Of a stretch of 64,000 nt of DNA, positions 30,871 to 40,553 are shown piece after piece. The translations under genes were made by a program, and so were the position numbers. The notes beneath the pieces are model-generated. The model saw nothing but the letters and a program-made list of their open reading frames with translations. It made no database searches and was not told the origin of the DNA. How positions within the stretch are numbered: position 1 is the stretch's first letter; each line of letters starts with the position of its first letter. Origin of the DNA: an uncultured Verrucomicrobiae bacterium (lineage in GTDB: Bacteria > Verrucomicrobiota > Verrucomicrobiia > Chthoniobacterales > UBA10450); NCBI GenBank assembly GCA_963735805.1, contig CAVTMK010000002.1, forward strand, positions 1,056,001-1,120,000. The letters run 5' to 3'.

Positions 30871-32328
30871 ATGGATGAAGAAAATGAATTAATCGCTTTG
30901 CGGCGCAAAAAACTCGACGCGCTTCGCGCGAAAGGTGTCGAGCCATTCGGCAGTGCCTTTGAGGTGACCGGATCGATTGCTGAGGTGCGCGAAAAGTTTA
31001 AGGAAGGAGAGAGCCTTCGGGCAGCGGGGCGCGTCACGGCGCATCGTGACATGGGCAAAAGTCATTTCCTCGATCTGCGCGACGCCACAGGTCGCATTCA
31101 AATCTACATCCACGCGAAAGAAGTCGGGGCGGAGCTGATCGACCTCTTTCCGTTGCTGGATCTTGGCGATTTTATCGCGGTGGAAGGAACCTGTTTTGTG
31201 ACCAAAAGCGGGGAACCAACATTGAAAGTGCACGCATTCCAATTGCTGGCGAAAACGTTGAGGCCGCTTCCTGAAAAATGGCATGGCTTATCGGACATCG
31301 AGACGCGCTATCGGCAACGTTATCTGGACCTGATTACCAACGAACGTTCCCGCGCAGTGTTCGAAAAGCGCATCGCTATCGTGCGCGAAACCCGGCACTT
31401 CCTGGAGGAGCGCGGCTTTGTTGAAGTCGAGACGCCGATTTTGCAAACAATCGCTGGTGGCGCAGCCGCCGAACCATTCATAACGCATCACAAAGCGCTT
31501 GGTCTCGATCTTTACCTGCGCATCGCCCTGGAGCTTTACTTGAAACGTTTGCTCGTGGGCGGCTTCAATAAGGTGTTTGAAATCAGCCGTAACTTTCGCA
31601 ACGAAGGCATTTCCAGAAAGCACAATCCCGAATTCACAATGCTCGAAGCCTACTGGGCGTACGCAGATTGGGAGAAAATGGCGGATCTGGTTGAGGAATT
31701 AATCTGTTATCTCGCGGAGAAAATTTGCGGTTCGCTAGCGGTCGAACATCGTGATTCCGAAGAAAAGATTGTTCGTACGATCAACTTGAAACGGCCCTGG
31801 CGCCGTGCGCGTTATCACGACGTGGTACGCGAAGTCGCCGGGAAAGATTGGTTTGAGTTATCCCCGGACAAGCGGCGCGACCGCGCCACCAAACAATTCA
31901 AGTTGGAGATCCTTCCGCAACTGGCTGATTTCGAAGTGACGCAGCATGTGTTTGAAAAGCTCGTGGAGGAGAAAACGATTGACCCTTTGTTTGTAACCCA
32001 TTGCCCGAAAGAGCTGGTGCCACTCGCGAAACAGAACAAAGCCGACAACTCGCTTGTTGACGTTTTTGAGTTGATTATCAACGGCACCGAGATCGCTCCA
32101 GGTTACAGCGAATTAAACGATCCATTGGTGCAACGCCAGCGGCTGATTGAACAAGCCGGTGAAGAAAGGCAAAAGATTGACGAAGATTTTCTCCTCGCGC
32201 TCGAGCACGGCATGCCGCCCGCCGGGGGGATTGGCATTGGAATCGATCGACTTGCGATGCTGCTTTCCGGCGCGGAGTCGATCCGCGACGTGATCCTTTT
32301 TCCGTTGCTGCGACCGAAGAAACTGTAG
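30871..32328 (+). CDS. lysS: Lysine--tRNA ligase (class II)
   Basis: RYRQRYLDL, GGAAAEPF, FRNEG, HNPEFT, GIGIDRL. Confidence 0.97.
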   Translation: MDEENELIALRRKKLDALRAKGVEPFGSAFEVTGSIAEVREKFKEGESLRAAGRVTAHRDMGKSHFLDLRDATGRIQIYIHAKEVGAELIDLFPLLDLGDFIAVEGTCFVTKSGEPTLKVHAFQLLAKTLRPLPEKWHGLSDIETRYRQRYLDLITNERSRAVFEKRIAIVRETRHFLEERGFVEVETPILQTIAGGAAAEPFITHHKALGLDLYLRIALELYLKRLLVGGFNKVFEISRNFRNEGISRKHNPEFTMLEAYWAYADWEKMADLVEELICYLAEKICGSLAVEHRDSEEKIVRTINLKRPWRRARYHDVVREVAGKDWFELSPDKRRDRATKQFKLEILPQLADFEVTQHVFEKLVEEKTIDPLFVTHCPKELVPLAKQNKADNSLVDVFELIINGTEIAPGYSELNDPLVQRQRLIEQAGEERQKIDEDFLLALEHGMPPAGGIGIGIDRLAMLLSGAESIRDVILFPLLRPKKL

Positions 32329-32360
32329 ACGTCGCTTGTGGGCGGCCTGATCTTCCTGCC

Positions 32361-33266
32361 TCAGCGCTCGGTTAAGTTTAGCTTGGAATGCGGAATTGCT
32401 ACGACGAGCGCGATTCCACCTAACACAGCGACAGATGCGAGCAGATAACGCGGCGTGATTGGTTCGCCAAGTAACAAGATTCCACCGGTGGCAGCCAGGA
32501 TCGGAACGCTCAGTTGAACAGTCGCGGCGCTAGCAGCTTTCAGCCCGGGCAACGCTTTGTACCAAACTACGTAACTTAGACCTGATGTGACTGCGCCCGA
32601 TACCATGGCGTAGGCGATCCCCGCAAGGTCGACGTGCGCCCGTGGAGCGAAAAAGATTACGAGAGCGGTCGCGAATGGAACCGCGCGAATAAAATTTCCG
32701 GCTGTGACACTTGTCGCGTTCCGTTCTTCCTTGCCGCGCAGTGAGTAAATACCCCAGGCTACGCCGGATCCCAGCATCAGTATCGAACCAACTAAAGGCG
32801 GAGCGGAAAGTCCGGGGAAAACAAGCACCAAGAGTCCCGTAACCGCGACGATGAAGCCGATAATTTGAATCATGCTTAGGCGCTCGCCTTTGTGTATCCC
32901 CCAAAGAATCATCGTGGCCTGAACCGCTCCAAACAAAAGCAAAGCGCCGGTTCCCGCTGAGAGTGCGACGTACGCGAAAGAAAAAGCAGCGGCATACACA
33001 AAGAGAGCTAGCGCAGAACGCCAGGTACCATCCCGACGCGATGAGTGGCGACCCTTAACTGAAGCCGAAGCAGTTCTATTAGCCGTCGTCCTTTTTCGGA
33101 TCTGCATTAGTAACCACAGCGCGACGGTCCCGGACAAAATACGAAAGAACGTAAAAGTTGCTGGATCGATGTTGCCTTTTGTCAATGCGACACGGCAAAG
33201 CAGCGAGTTGCTCGCGAAGGCAATCATCGCAAACAACGTTAATGCGAAGGTTCGTGCGCTGGTCAC
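32361..33266 (-). CDS. DMT/EamA family transporter
   Basis: About 10 TM helices; AFASNSLLCR, QLSVP, LGEP. Confidence 0.88.
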   Translation of the reverse strand: MTSARTFALTLFAMIAFASNSLLCRVALTKGNIDPATFTFFRILSGTVALWLLMQIRKRTTANRTASASVKGRHSSRRDGTWRSALALFVYAAAFSFAYVALSAGTGALLLFGAVQATMILWGIHKGERLSMIQIIGFIVAVTGLLVLVFPGLSAPPLVGSILMLGSGVAWGIYSLRGKEERNATSVTAGNFIRAVPFATALVIFFAPRAHVDLAGIAYAMVSGAVTSGLSYVVWYKALPGLKAASAATVQLSVPILAATGGILLLGEPITPRYLLASVAVLGGIALVVAIPHSKLNLTER

Positions 33267-33360
33267 CGTGCAAACCTGGAACTCTTAGTTTGGCAACAAC
33301 GCGCAAACTTGAATAGCGTTCTTTGTGCGCGCTGCTTTCCTTGCCGGAGACGACAAGCCT

Positions 33361-33777
33361 TTATTCGATTTTTTCCCAGAATCCCCGACGATTTGGAATA
33401 TTCGGGAAGACGAGTTGGCCCTGGTAGAAAGTAAAGGGATTGGAACGGTCGTTGCCACCGAACGATAACGTCAACGTTTTACCTTCCACACTCCAATGGC
33501 CGGTTACAGGCTCTCTGCGTTCGTAGGCTGTGACGGTCCAATTTTCAACAGTGCCATTGGAGTGAAGAAAGAGATGCTCATCGATCGGGCCCGTATAGCT
33601 GATGGTAGTTTTTCGCCAATGACCTATTAATCCACTCGAATTTTCCGAGGAGGAGCCACTTGATTCTTGAACCTTGATGATCGGTGAGTCAGCAGCCTTT
33701 GCAGAAAACGCAATGAACACAAAAGCGGCACATTGCGCGATCGATGCGATTTTCCGGGAAACGTTTCCTGTTCTCAT
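33361..33777 (-). CDS. Hypothetical secreted protein
   Basis: Signal peptide; LIGHW...GHWSVEGKTLTL. Confidence 0.6.
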   Translation of the reverse strand: MRTGNVSRKIASIAQCAAFVFIAFSAKAADSPIIKVQESSGSSSENSSGLIGHWRKTTISYTGPIDEHLFLHSNGTVENWTVTAYERREPVTGHWSVEGKTLTLSFGGNDRSNPFTFYQGQLVFPNIPNRRGFWEKIE

Positions 33778-33880
33778 GGGGGACCTCCGCTGCGAGTCTG
33801 ACAAGGTAGGCGACCGGTGACAACTCTATTTTGTGATGTGTTGCACGTCTTTGAACTCGAACCGATGTTGAGCACGTAGC

Positions 33881-34537
33881 TTGAAACTTCCAACAATCCT
33901 AGAGCAAGGACGGTTTCGGTCACCGGCGCCCACGCCGCAGGCGCTGGCATGGGATGGTCACAAACTGTGGATGGGTTCACGAGATCAGCGCCGAATCTAT
34001 ATGATCGATCCGCAGAAATGGGAAGTGCTCGAAGAAAAGGCGCCGCCTGGCATCCCCTGGGCGGCTGTTGCGACGAACGGGACGCTTCGTTTTACGATCG
34101 GCGAAGGTCCGAATGACGATCGTTACATTCGTAGATTCTCGCCGGAGGCTGGCTTTTCGGAGCAGGACAAGATCGCCTGTCCTGAATTTACCGGATCATA
34201 TCTCAGCTACGACGGCGACCATCTGTACCTCAGTCAATGGTACAAACATCGCATTCTTAAGCTGGACGCGAATGGTAATATTCTTCGTGTCATCAACATT
34301 GGTGCCGAGGTTTCCGGTCACGCGTTCGTTGATGGAATGATCTACGTGTTGCGCGGTACCGAACAGAACGGCGAGAGCTGGACCATCGCGCGACTCGATC
34401 CGCGAGAGGAAAGGCCAAAGGTTACAGACATCGCGAATGTCCCATTTGCGTGTCGTTCGTTAACGTTCGACGGCACGAACTTTTGGTCGAATCATCGCGC
34501 CGTGAATGAAATCGTATCATTCGCGCTGCCATTGTAG
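33881..34537 (+). CDS. Hypothetical beta-propeller-like protein
   Basis: Repeated LAWDG / LSYDG / LTFDG blades. Confidence 0.65.
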   Translation: MKLPTILEQGRFRSPAPTPQALAWDGHKLWMGSRDQRRIYMIDPQKWEVLEEKAPPGIPWAAVATNGTLRFTIGEGPNDDRYIRRFSPEAGFSEQDKIACPEFTGSYLSYDGDHLYLSQWYKHRILKLDANGNILRVINIGAEVSGHAFVDGMIYVLRGTEQNGESWTIARLDPREERPKVTDIANVPFACRSLTFDGTNFWSNHRAVNEIVSFALPL

Positions 34538-34664
34538 CCGCTGCGGTTGGCTGCGGCCTTCTAATCCTGCATTCCAGAATTCCCTGAGCAATATTCCGCG
34601 AATGTCGCGCGGTCTGATTAAAGCTCGCAAAGGTTGAGCGATTTCGAGCGGCAATACTAAACAA

Positions 34665-35348
34665 ATGTTTGTTGGACATTACAGCGTTGCTTTTGCAGCT
34701 GGGAGCGAAAAGAACAAGATTCCGCTCTGGGTTCTGTTTATCGCTGTCCAGTTCCTCGATTACATCTGGGCGACGCTTGTGCTCATCGGGATTGAGAAGT
34801 TGCGCGTGATCAAAGGGTTCACCGCAGGTAGCATGCTCGACTCGTATTTCCATCCGTACTCGCACAGTCTGATCGCGGCGATTCTTTGGAGCTGCGTGGC
34901 CGCTATCGTTTATAAGCCAATTTGTTGTTGGCTCGGATTAGTCTACACCGCGACAGCCTCTTTCATTGTTGGTGTCGCCGTTTTCTCGCACTGGGTTCTC
35001 GATCTGATTGCGCATCCCCGCGATCTCGCGGTCTACGACAACACATTGAAGCTCGGTTTTGGTTTGTGGAATTATCGCGACCCGGAGTTTGCATTGGAAA
35101 TCGCGTTGCTTGTGTTCGGGATCGTGCTTTATGTGGTGCGAAATCCGATGCCGACAATCCGTAAAGCAGCGGTGATCGCTTTTGGAGTCGTTCTCGTTGT
35201 CATCCAGATAGGTGATACGTACGTGCCTCGCACTCCGTTGACGGACAAGGAAACCGTCATGGGCGTTTGGATTTTCTACACGCTCTTTGTAATTGTCGCT
35301 TTCGTCATAGAAAAAATCGGAAGTCGGCGGCAAACTGATCCCACGTGA
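34665..35348 (+). CDS. Membrane protein, metal-dependent hydrolase-like
   Basis: MFVGH, YSHSL, SHWVLD motifs. Confidence 0.75.
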   Translation: MFVGHYSVAFAAGSEKNKIPLWVLFIAVQFLDYIWATLVLIGIEKLRVIKGFTAGSMLDSYFHPYSHSLIAAILWSCVAAIVYKPICCWLGLVYTATASFIVGVAVFSHWVLDLIAHPRDLAVYDNTLKLGFGLWNYRDPEFALEIALLVFGIVLYVVRNPMPTIRKAAVIAFGVVLVVIQIGDTYVPRTPLTDKETVMGVWIFYTLFVIVAFVIEKIGSRRQTDPT

Positions 35349-35848
35349 TTGTGATTGTCTTCGGTGTCTCCGGCGTGGGAAAAACCACGATTGGCAAACG
35401 GCTAGCCAAGGATCTTGGCTGGCGATTTCTCGAAGCGGATGATTTCCATTCATGTGGCAACATCGAGAAGATGCGTAACGGTCTTCCGCTGACGGACGAA
35501 GACCGATGGCCGTGGCTGCAACGTCTGCGCGAGCAAATAACGCGTTCTCTTGCTGCAAAAGAGAACGCGGTAATTGCCTGCTCCGTATTGAAACGCGCGT
35601 ATCGGGAGCGATTACGCGTTGGCGACGACGTGGAGTTTGTGTTTCTGCGCGGAGACTACGCGCTCGTTGAAAAACAACTCCGCCGCAGACGCGGTCATTT
35701 CATGAGGCCAGACTTACTGCAAAGTCAGTTTGCAGATTTGGAAAGACCCGAATCGGACGAGGATGCAGTAACGATTGAATCGGGACGGACTCCGGAAGAG
35801 CTGGTTGACGAAATCACCAAGAGACTCGGTCTCAGTGTCGCGAATTAG
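35345..35848 (+). CDS. gntK: Gluconokinase
   Basis: GVSGVGKT, EADDFH, PLTDEDRWPW, HFM, SQF. Confidence 0.92.
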   Translation: MIVIVFGVSGVGKTTIGKRLAKDLGWRFLEADDFHSCGNIEKMRNGLPLTDEDRWPWLQRLREQITRSLAAKENAVIACSVLKRAYRERLRVGDDVEFVFLRGDYALVEKQLRRRRGHFMRPDLLQSQFADLERPESDEDAVTIESGRTPEELVDEITKRLGLSVAN

Positions 35849-36407
35849 TTGACGCGTAATAGACATTATCGCTCTCGACGTCAAAAATTCGGTTCCAGCG
35901 CGCACGATAATTTTCGAACGCAATCTGCGCGCCTAACTGCATAAGTTGTTCTTCGGAAAATTGATTCCGCAATCGCGCGTACAAATCATCGGAAACGTTC
36001 GCTGGTGTATTTGTGATGGCGTCAGCGAGTTCGATGACCAACCGCTCGGTGTCGTTAAAAGGAATCAGGTCGTCACCGGGCACGGCGCGCAGTTTCTCAT
36101 CGCTCAGACCTGCTTTTCTGCCCACGGCAGAATTGATGTCTACTCAGAATGGACAGCCGACGCGCGCCGCGGCGCGGATTTTTCCCAACTGCATGTAGCG
36201 CAACGAGACCAGCCGTTTCCGGCCGAGACCGGCTTCCATCGCGATGCCGCCCCACACCAGACCTGGCAAACGCATCTGCACCTTTGCTGGGGTAAGGTCT
36301 TTCCCAAACATCTTCCGCATGACGCCGTAAAACCATCGCAGGTGCCATGGTGCGTCTTTCTTTTCTAATCCTGAAACTCGAGCCACAACTCCTCTGTTTC
36401 GTTCCAC
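35832..36407 (-). CDS. AhpD/carboxymuconolactone decarboxylase-like protein, probable selenoprotein (in-frame TGA at 36144-36146)
   Basis: ORFs 36144-36407 and 35832-36125 are in the same frame: ...RVGCPF-TGA-VDINSAVGRKAG... gives CxxU. Confidence 0.8.
36106..36143 (-). promoter_or_regulatory. Bacterial SECIS-like hairpin
   Basis: UGA, 11 nt spacer, UUCUGCC-GUG-GGCAGAA stem-loop, plus AGAC/GUCU lower stem. Confidence 0.65.
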
Positions 36408-36456
36408 GGAGTGGGTTCGGTCTTGGCGTCCGAAGGTCCGACGGTCGCCAATCGGT

Positions 36457-37560
36457 CTAGGCGTGGTCCGGTTTTCTTGACGACGAGAGTTTGTTGACCA
36501 GCGCGTTGGTTGATCTTTCTAGAAGCAATCCCCATGCGCTAAGGACAGCCAGGGTAGGCAGGCAGATCAGAAGGAACGCCCAGATCGGCTGCTCCCGAAT
36601 GCGGAGTCCGAGCCAGATGACGTAAGGCTGGTGAATCAGATACAAGCCATACGAATAAAGCCCGACGATTCCGAAAACTTTAGCTGGTTCTTTGAAGAAC
36701 GAAATAATTCCGGCAATGCCGACGATCTCCAGCAGGCAACATGTGCCGGTGGCGAAATCGACGAAGATGTACTCGTAAAGGCCATGGTAAAGTTGCAGTG
36801 CTGCCGGATAGAGAATTAAGCCGAGAACCAACCCCGCGCCGCGAAGAAAGAACCATTCCACGCGCGCGGTCGATTGCGTGTGCCACATCGCGAGTGACAT
36901 TCCGAGTGCGAACTCGGGCAGACGACAGATGGCGAAGCCGCCCAACACCCACAAGCCATTTTGCGGCCAAGCTACAAGCAACACGTAGCGCGCGAAAAAT
37001 CCCACGGCAGAGGCAATCAGCAGAAACCACCATGGTCCAAAGCGGCGCGCTGCGAGAAAGAGCAGGGGAAAAATCAAATAGAACTGGATCAACATGGAGA
37101 AGTACCACCACGCGGCGTTGAGGTACATGAAATTCATTTCAATATCGATGAAGCGCAGGCCGAGAAGGCTCAGGATGATCCGGCTATCTACCGGTTCGAG
37201 GCGCGCCTCGAATGGCGAGAGAAGATAAACCAAATGCGCGACCCAGTACATCGGATAAAGCCTCAGGAATCGCGCGCGATACCACCCGCCCCACGCAATT
37301 GCACCGGACTCTGCCCGGTGCATTGTCGATTGCATCAGTGTCCAACCGCTCAGAATGATGAAAACGCCGACGGCATGAAAGCCGAGTCCTGATACTTTAA
37401 GCCAAACCAACCTAAGAACCGACAGCGTTCCCGCGGCGGGGTTGATCCAATTAGCCGCTGGAAGGACGCCGTGTTGGAAGTAAGTCGTGAAAAAATGAAA
37501 ATAAGCGACGAAAAGAATCGCGAGTCCCTTTGAAATATCAATCCAAAGGAGCCGTTTCAT
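36457..37560 (-). CDS. Acyltransferase 3 family membrane protein
   Basis: WIDISKGLAI, VFIILSG, RFLRLYP, SYGLYLIH. Confidence 0.88.
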   Translation of the reverse strand: MKRLLWIDISKGLAILFVAYFHFFTTYFQHGVLPAANWINPAAGTLSVLRLVWLKVSGLGFHAVGVFIILSGWTLMQSTMHRAESGAIAWGGWYRARFLRLYPMYWVAHLVYLLSPFEARLEPVDSRIILSLLGLRFIDIEMNFMYLNAAWWYFSMLIQFYLIFPLLFLAARRFGPWWFLLIASAVGFFARYVLLVAWPQNGLWVLGGFAICRLPEFALGMSLAMWHTQSTARVEWFFLRGAGLVLGLILYPAALQLYHGLYEYIFVDFATGTCCLLEIVGIAGIISFFKEPAKVFGIVGLYSYGLYLIHQPYVIWLGLRIREQPIWAFLLICLPTLAVLSAWGLLLERSTNALVNKLSSSRKPDHA

Positions 37561-37656
37561 GGCATGGGCTTAACAGGGTGAAGCCGCTCTGGTCAAGGCA
37601 TGCTGATTTGCTCCGTCCCTGACACAGAGTTCAGGCGGGTGACAACTTGCGGTTTA

Positions 37657-39471
37657 CTAAGACGCTTGTGAACCAACGACAGTAGCTGATCGGGTGCTGC
37701 TCCCGGCTAGCGCGAGAATCACGTCGGTTTTCGCGATGGTGCCAATCAGACGTTTCGTTGCGGTATCGTTTACCACGGGTAGCCGCTCGCCATCGTGCTG
37801 TCTGAACCGCTCGAGCGCGACAGTAAGGGACGCGGTCGGCCGAACCACTGGGATGGAATCGTGCAGGATGTCCCCGGCGATGACGACCTTCGCCAGTTCG
37901 GGTGTGTTCAGGTAATTCTTAACGTCATGCAGCGACACGGCGCCAACGAACCGGCCGTGATCGGCCACATAAAGATAATTGAATCGGGTTTGCACGAATT
38001 TTTCTGCGATTTCCGCGAATCCAGCTCTGGGCGAAATTGTCAGCGGCTTCGGTTTCATTATGTCCCGAACATGGAGCTCCGCGAGTTGCCTGCGGTAATC
38101 GCCGGCGCCCTTTCGTTTCAGTGCTTCAGCATAAATCGACTGTTTTTCGACGCTTACTGATGTGTAATAGGCGATCACGCATGCCAGCATCAGCGGGAGA
38201 ATAATCTGATAATCGAGCGTGATCTCGAAGATCATAACGATGGCCATGATCGGAGCGTGAGTGGCAGCCGCGAGAAATGCGCCCATGCCAACGAGCGCAA
38301 ACGCGCTGGGATTGATCGCAAAATGGCCGAGTAGATGGTTTGTGCCCGTTCCGAACAGAAATCCGAGGCTTGCCCCGATAAAAAGCGTCGGCGTGAAAAC
38401 TCCACCAACTGCACCGGAACCAAAGGTGGCGGTCGTAGCCAGTATTTTGAAAATGAGAATAACTGCGAGAGTTTGCCAAACCCATTCGCCGCGCAAAATC
38501 CCGCTTACTGTGCTGTAGCCGTTGCCGCAGACTTCAGGATGCAAGATGGCCAGCGCGCCTACGATAAGGCCACCAGCACACATCTTTACGTAAACAGGCG
38601 CAGCGATATGCCCAGCCCATTTTTCAGTTGTACGCAGGAGTCGAATGAACCATGGCGCAAGAAGGCCGGCGACGAGGCCGAGTAAAAGATAGGGTCCAAT
38701 CTCCCAATTGCCGTTAAGCTGGAATGGCGGGATTTTATACAGTGGATCTGGTCCGAGAAATCCCCGTACTGTCAACGTGGCGATGACCGATGAAAAAACC
38801 AGAGGGCCAAAAATTTCCATGGCCACTGAACCCAGCACAATCTCCGCGACAAATACCGCCCCGGCGATTGGTGCGTTGTAAGCCGAAGCAATCCCGGCGG
38901 CAGCGCCACAGCCCACAAGTAATCGAAGCCGCGGTGTGGTCCATTTTCGCAGGCGGCCAGTGAGAGATGCGACGAGCGATGATAGCTGTACCAGGGGTCC
39001 CTCGCGTCCGATCGATCCGCCGGAAGCAATAGTGAAAAGCGCCGAGAGACACTTCAGCAGGGTGCGCCGCGCGGCAATTTTCCCATCACCAAGCACCACG
39101 GCTTCCATGTAGTCGGTGGTTGTCACTTGGCCGCGCAATCGCGTGCCGAACTGAATAATTGCGCCGGCGATGAGACCGCCGATCGCTGGAATTCCCAGGC
39201 GAAACAAGGGAGAAAGCTGTGAAAAACTTTCAACCAACCCGGGCTCCGAACTGCCGGTGAGGATTTTGTGAACAAGGCTTGTTGCAACGCGGAACACGAT
39301 TGAGCAGACCCCACCGCAAAACCCGATGAGACCGGCCCAAATTAGTGTGGCCTGAAGATCCGTTGGCCGTACCCGTTCCTGAAACCAAACCAGAAACTTC
39401 AGCTGACGAAAAGTATTCAGACTCGAACGAGATTCTTTGGGACTGGCACTGCTCGAAGCCACTTTTATCAA
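37657..39471 (-). CDS. ClC family chloride channel with CBS domains
   Basis: GSIGREGP, GGVFTP, C-terminal CBS pair. Confidence 0.92.
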   Translation of the reverse strand: MIKVASSSASPKESRSSLNTFRQLKFLVWFQERVRPTDLQATLIWAGLIGFCGGVCSIVFRVATSLVHKILTGSSEPGLVESFSQLSPLFRLGIPAIGGLIAGAIIQFGTRLRGQVTTTDYMEAVVLGDGKIAARRTLLKCLSALFTIASGGSIGREGPLVQLSSLVASLTGRLRKWTTPRLRLLVGCGAAAGIASAYNAPIAGAVFVAEIVLGSVAMEIFGPLVFSSVIATLTVRGFLGPDPLYKIPPFQLNGNWEIGPYLLLGLVAGLLAPWFIRLLRTTEKWAGHIAAPVYVKMCAGGLIVGALAILHPEVCGNGYSTVSGILRGEWVWQTLAVILIFKILATTATFGSGAVGGVFTPTLFIGASLGFLFGTGTNHLLGHFAINPSAFALVGMGAFLAAATHAPIMAIVMIFEITLDYQIILPLMLACVIAYYTSVSVEKQSIYAEALKRKGAGDYRRQLAELHVRDIMKPKPLTISPRAGFAEIAEKFVQTRFNYLYVADHGRFVGAVSLHDVKNYLNTPELAKVVIAGDILHDSIPVVRPTASLTVALERFRQHDGERLPVVNDTATKRLIGTIAKTDVILALAGSSTRSATVVGSQAS

Positions 39472-39557
39472 GTCGGTGCACAGCCGCAGACGTCAAGCGC
39501 GACAAGGATTTGGCGGAGATTGACTCTTATTGCTGCCATCGCTAGATCGATACCCTG

Positions 39558-40250
39558 ATGGCCACGAACGCGCACGGCGTTTCGCTCGAACGTAAACGTC
39601 TCGGCGTTGTGCTGGCGACTATTGTTATCAACATTGTCGCGGTTTCGCTTTTGGCATTTGCCCCGTGGTCGGACTGGCGCACCGGTGCGGCGCTCAACGT
39701 GATTGATAATTGTCTTCTCGTTGGCTTTGCACTGGTTAGGAGCGACGCGTTGCTGGGTCGATTTCTTCTTTTTGGAATCGTAGTCGGAATCGGCGAACTA
39801 CCCGCTGATGCGTGGCTGGTCGATTACACACGCACCCTGGACTACTCGATTGGCGGCGGCCCAATGATCTGGCGATCGCCGCTCTGGATGCCTTTGGCCT
39901 GGGAAGTCGTGGCCGTGCAATTCGGATATATTGGACTTCGATTCTTTGAAAGCTTCGGCAAGGTCGGTTTGCTCATGATTGGGCTGCTCGGCGCGATCAA
40001 TATTCCGTTTTACGAGGAGATGGCGCGTAGGATTCATTGGTGGCAATACAGCGGTTGCCGCATGATTTCGTTTACACCGTGGTACATAATCATTGGCGAA
40101 CTCGGTATTGCGGTCGCGTTCGCGTCGCTTGCGCGAACACTGCGCCGCGGGTCGTGGCGCGAAGCCGTTGTGGCGGGAATTGGCGGTGGATGTTCGATCT
40201 TTGTCTGCTACGCCGTGGCGTTTTGGATTACCGATCGTTTGATTACGTAA
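39558..40250 (+). CDS. Hypothetical integral membrane protein
   Basis: Multiple TM helices; SPLWMPLAW. Confidence 0.7.
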   Translation: MATNAHGVSLERKRLGVVLATIVINIVAVSLLAFAPWSDWRTGAALNVIDNCLLVGFALVRSDALLGRFLLFGIVVGIGELPADAWLVDYTRTLDYSIGGGPMIWRSPLWMPLAWEVVAVQFGYIGLRFFESFGKVGLLMIGLLGAINIPFYEEMARRIHWWQYSGCRMISFTPWYIIIGELGIAVAFASLARTLRRGSWREAVVAGIGGGCSIFVCYAVAFWITDRLIT

Positions 40251-40463
40251 GTCGATCACGCCTAGCCAGCAGATTCGTGCGTTTCGCCTGCGTCAGGCTT
40301 TTTGCAGAACCAGATAGCGCCTGCACAAACGAGCTAGGGAAGTGGAGATAAAAGATGGGTGCGGTTGGGCTTGCCACATTCATAGAGCTAGTCCAAGTCG
40401 GCGAGAATGAGTGGCCAAGTCCCGGGAAGTTTGAAGTCTGGGCATTCCTGGGCCATCTTATCA

Positions 40464-40553
40464 TGTCATTCTGATCCGGCAGTCGCGGGAGAAGATCTCA
40501 GGAATGTCTTGCGTAGCTTGTCCTGAGCGAAGCCGAAGAGTCCCAACATGACA
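40464..40553. repeat. GTCATT...ATGACA element, divergent copy C
   Basis: TGTCATTCTGA...GTCCTGAGCGAAGCCGAAG...CATGACA. Confidence 0.5.

Noticed and set aside
33865..33883. Programmed frameshift or readthrough at the start of the 33881 gene
   Set aside because: The upstream ATG is one base out of frame with no slippery site; the TTG start or a single indel explains it.
40243..40464. 73-aa ORF upstream of mscS
   Set aside because: No recognisable motif or RBS; probably non-coding or a decayed fragment.
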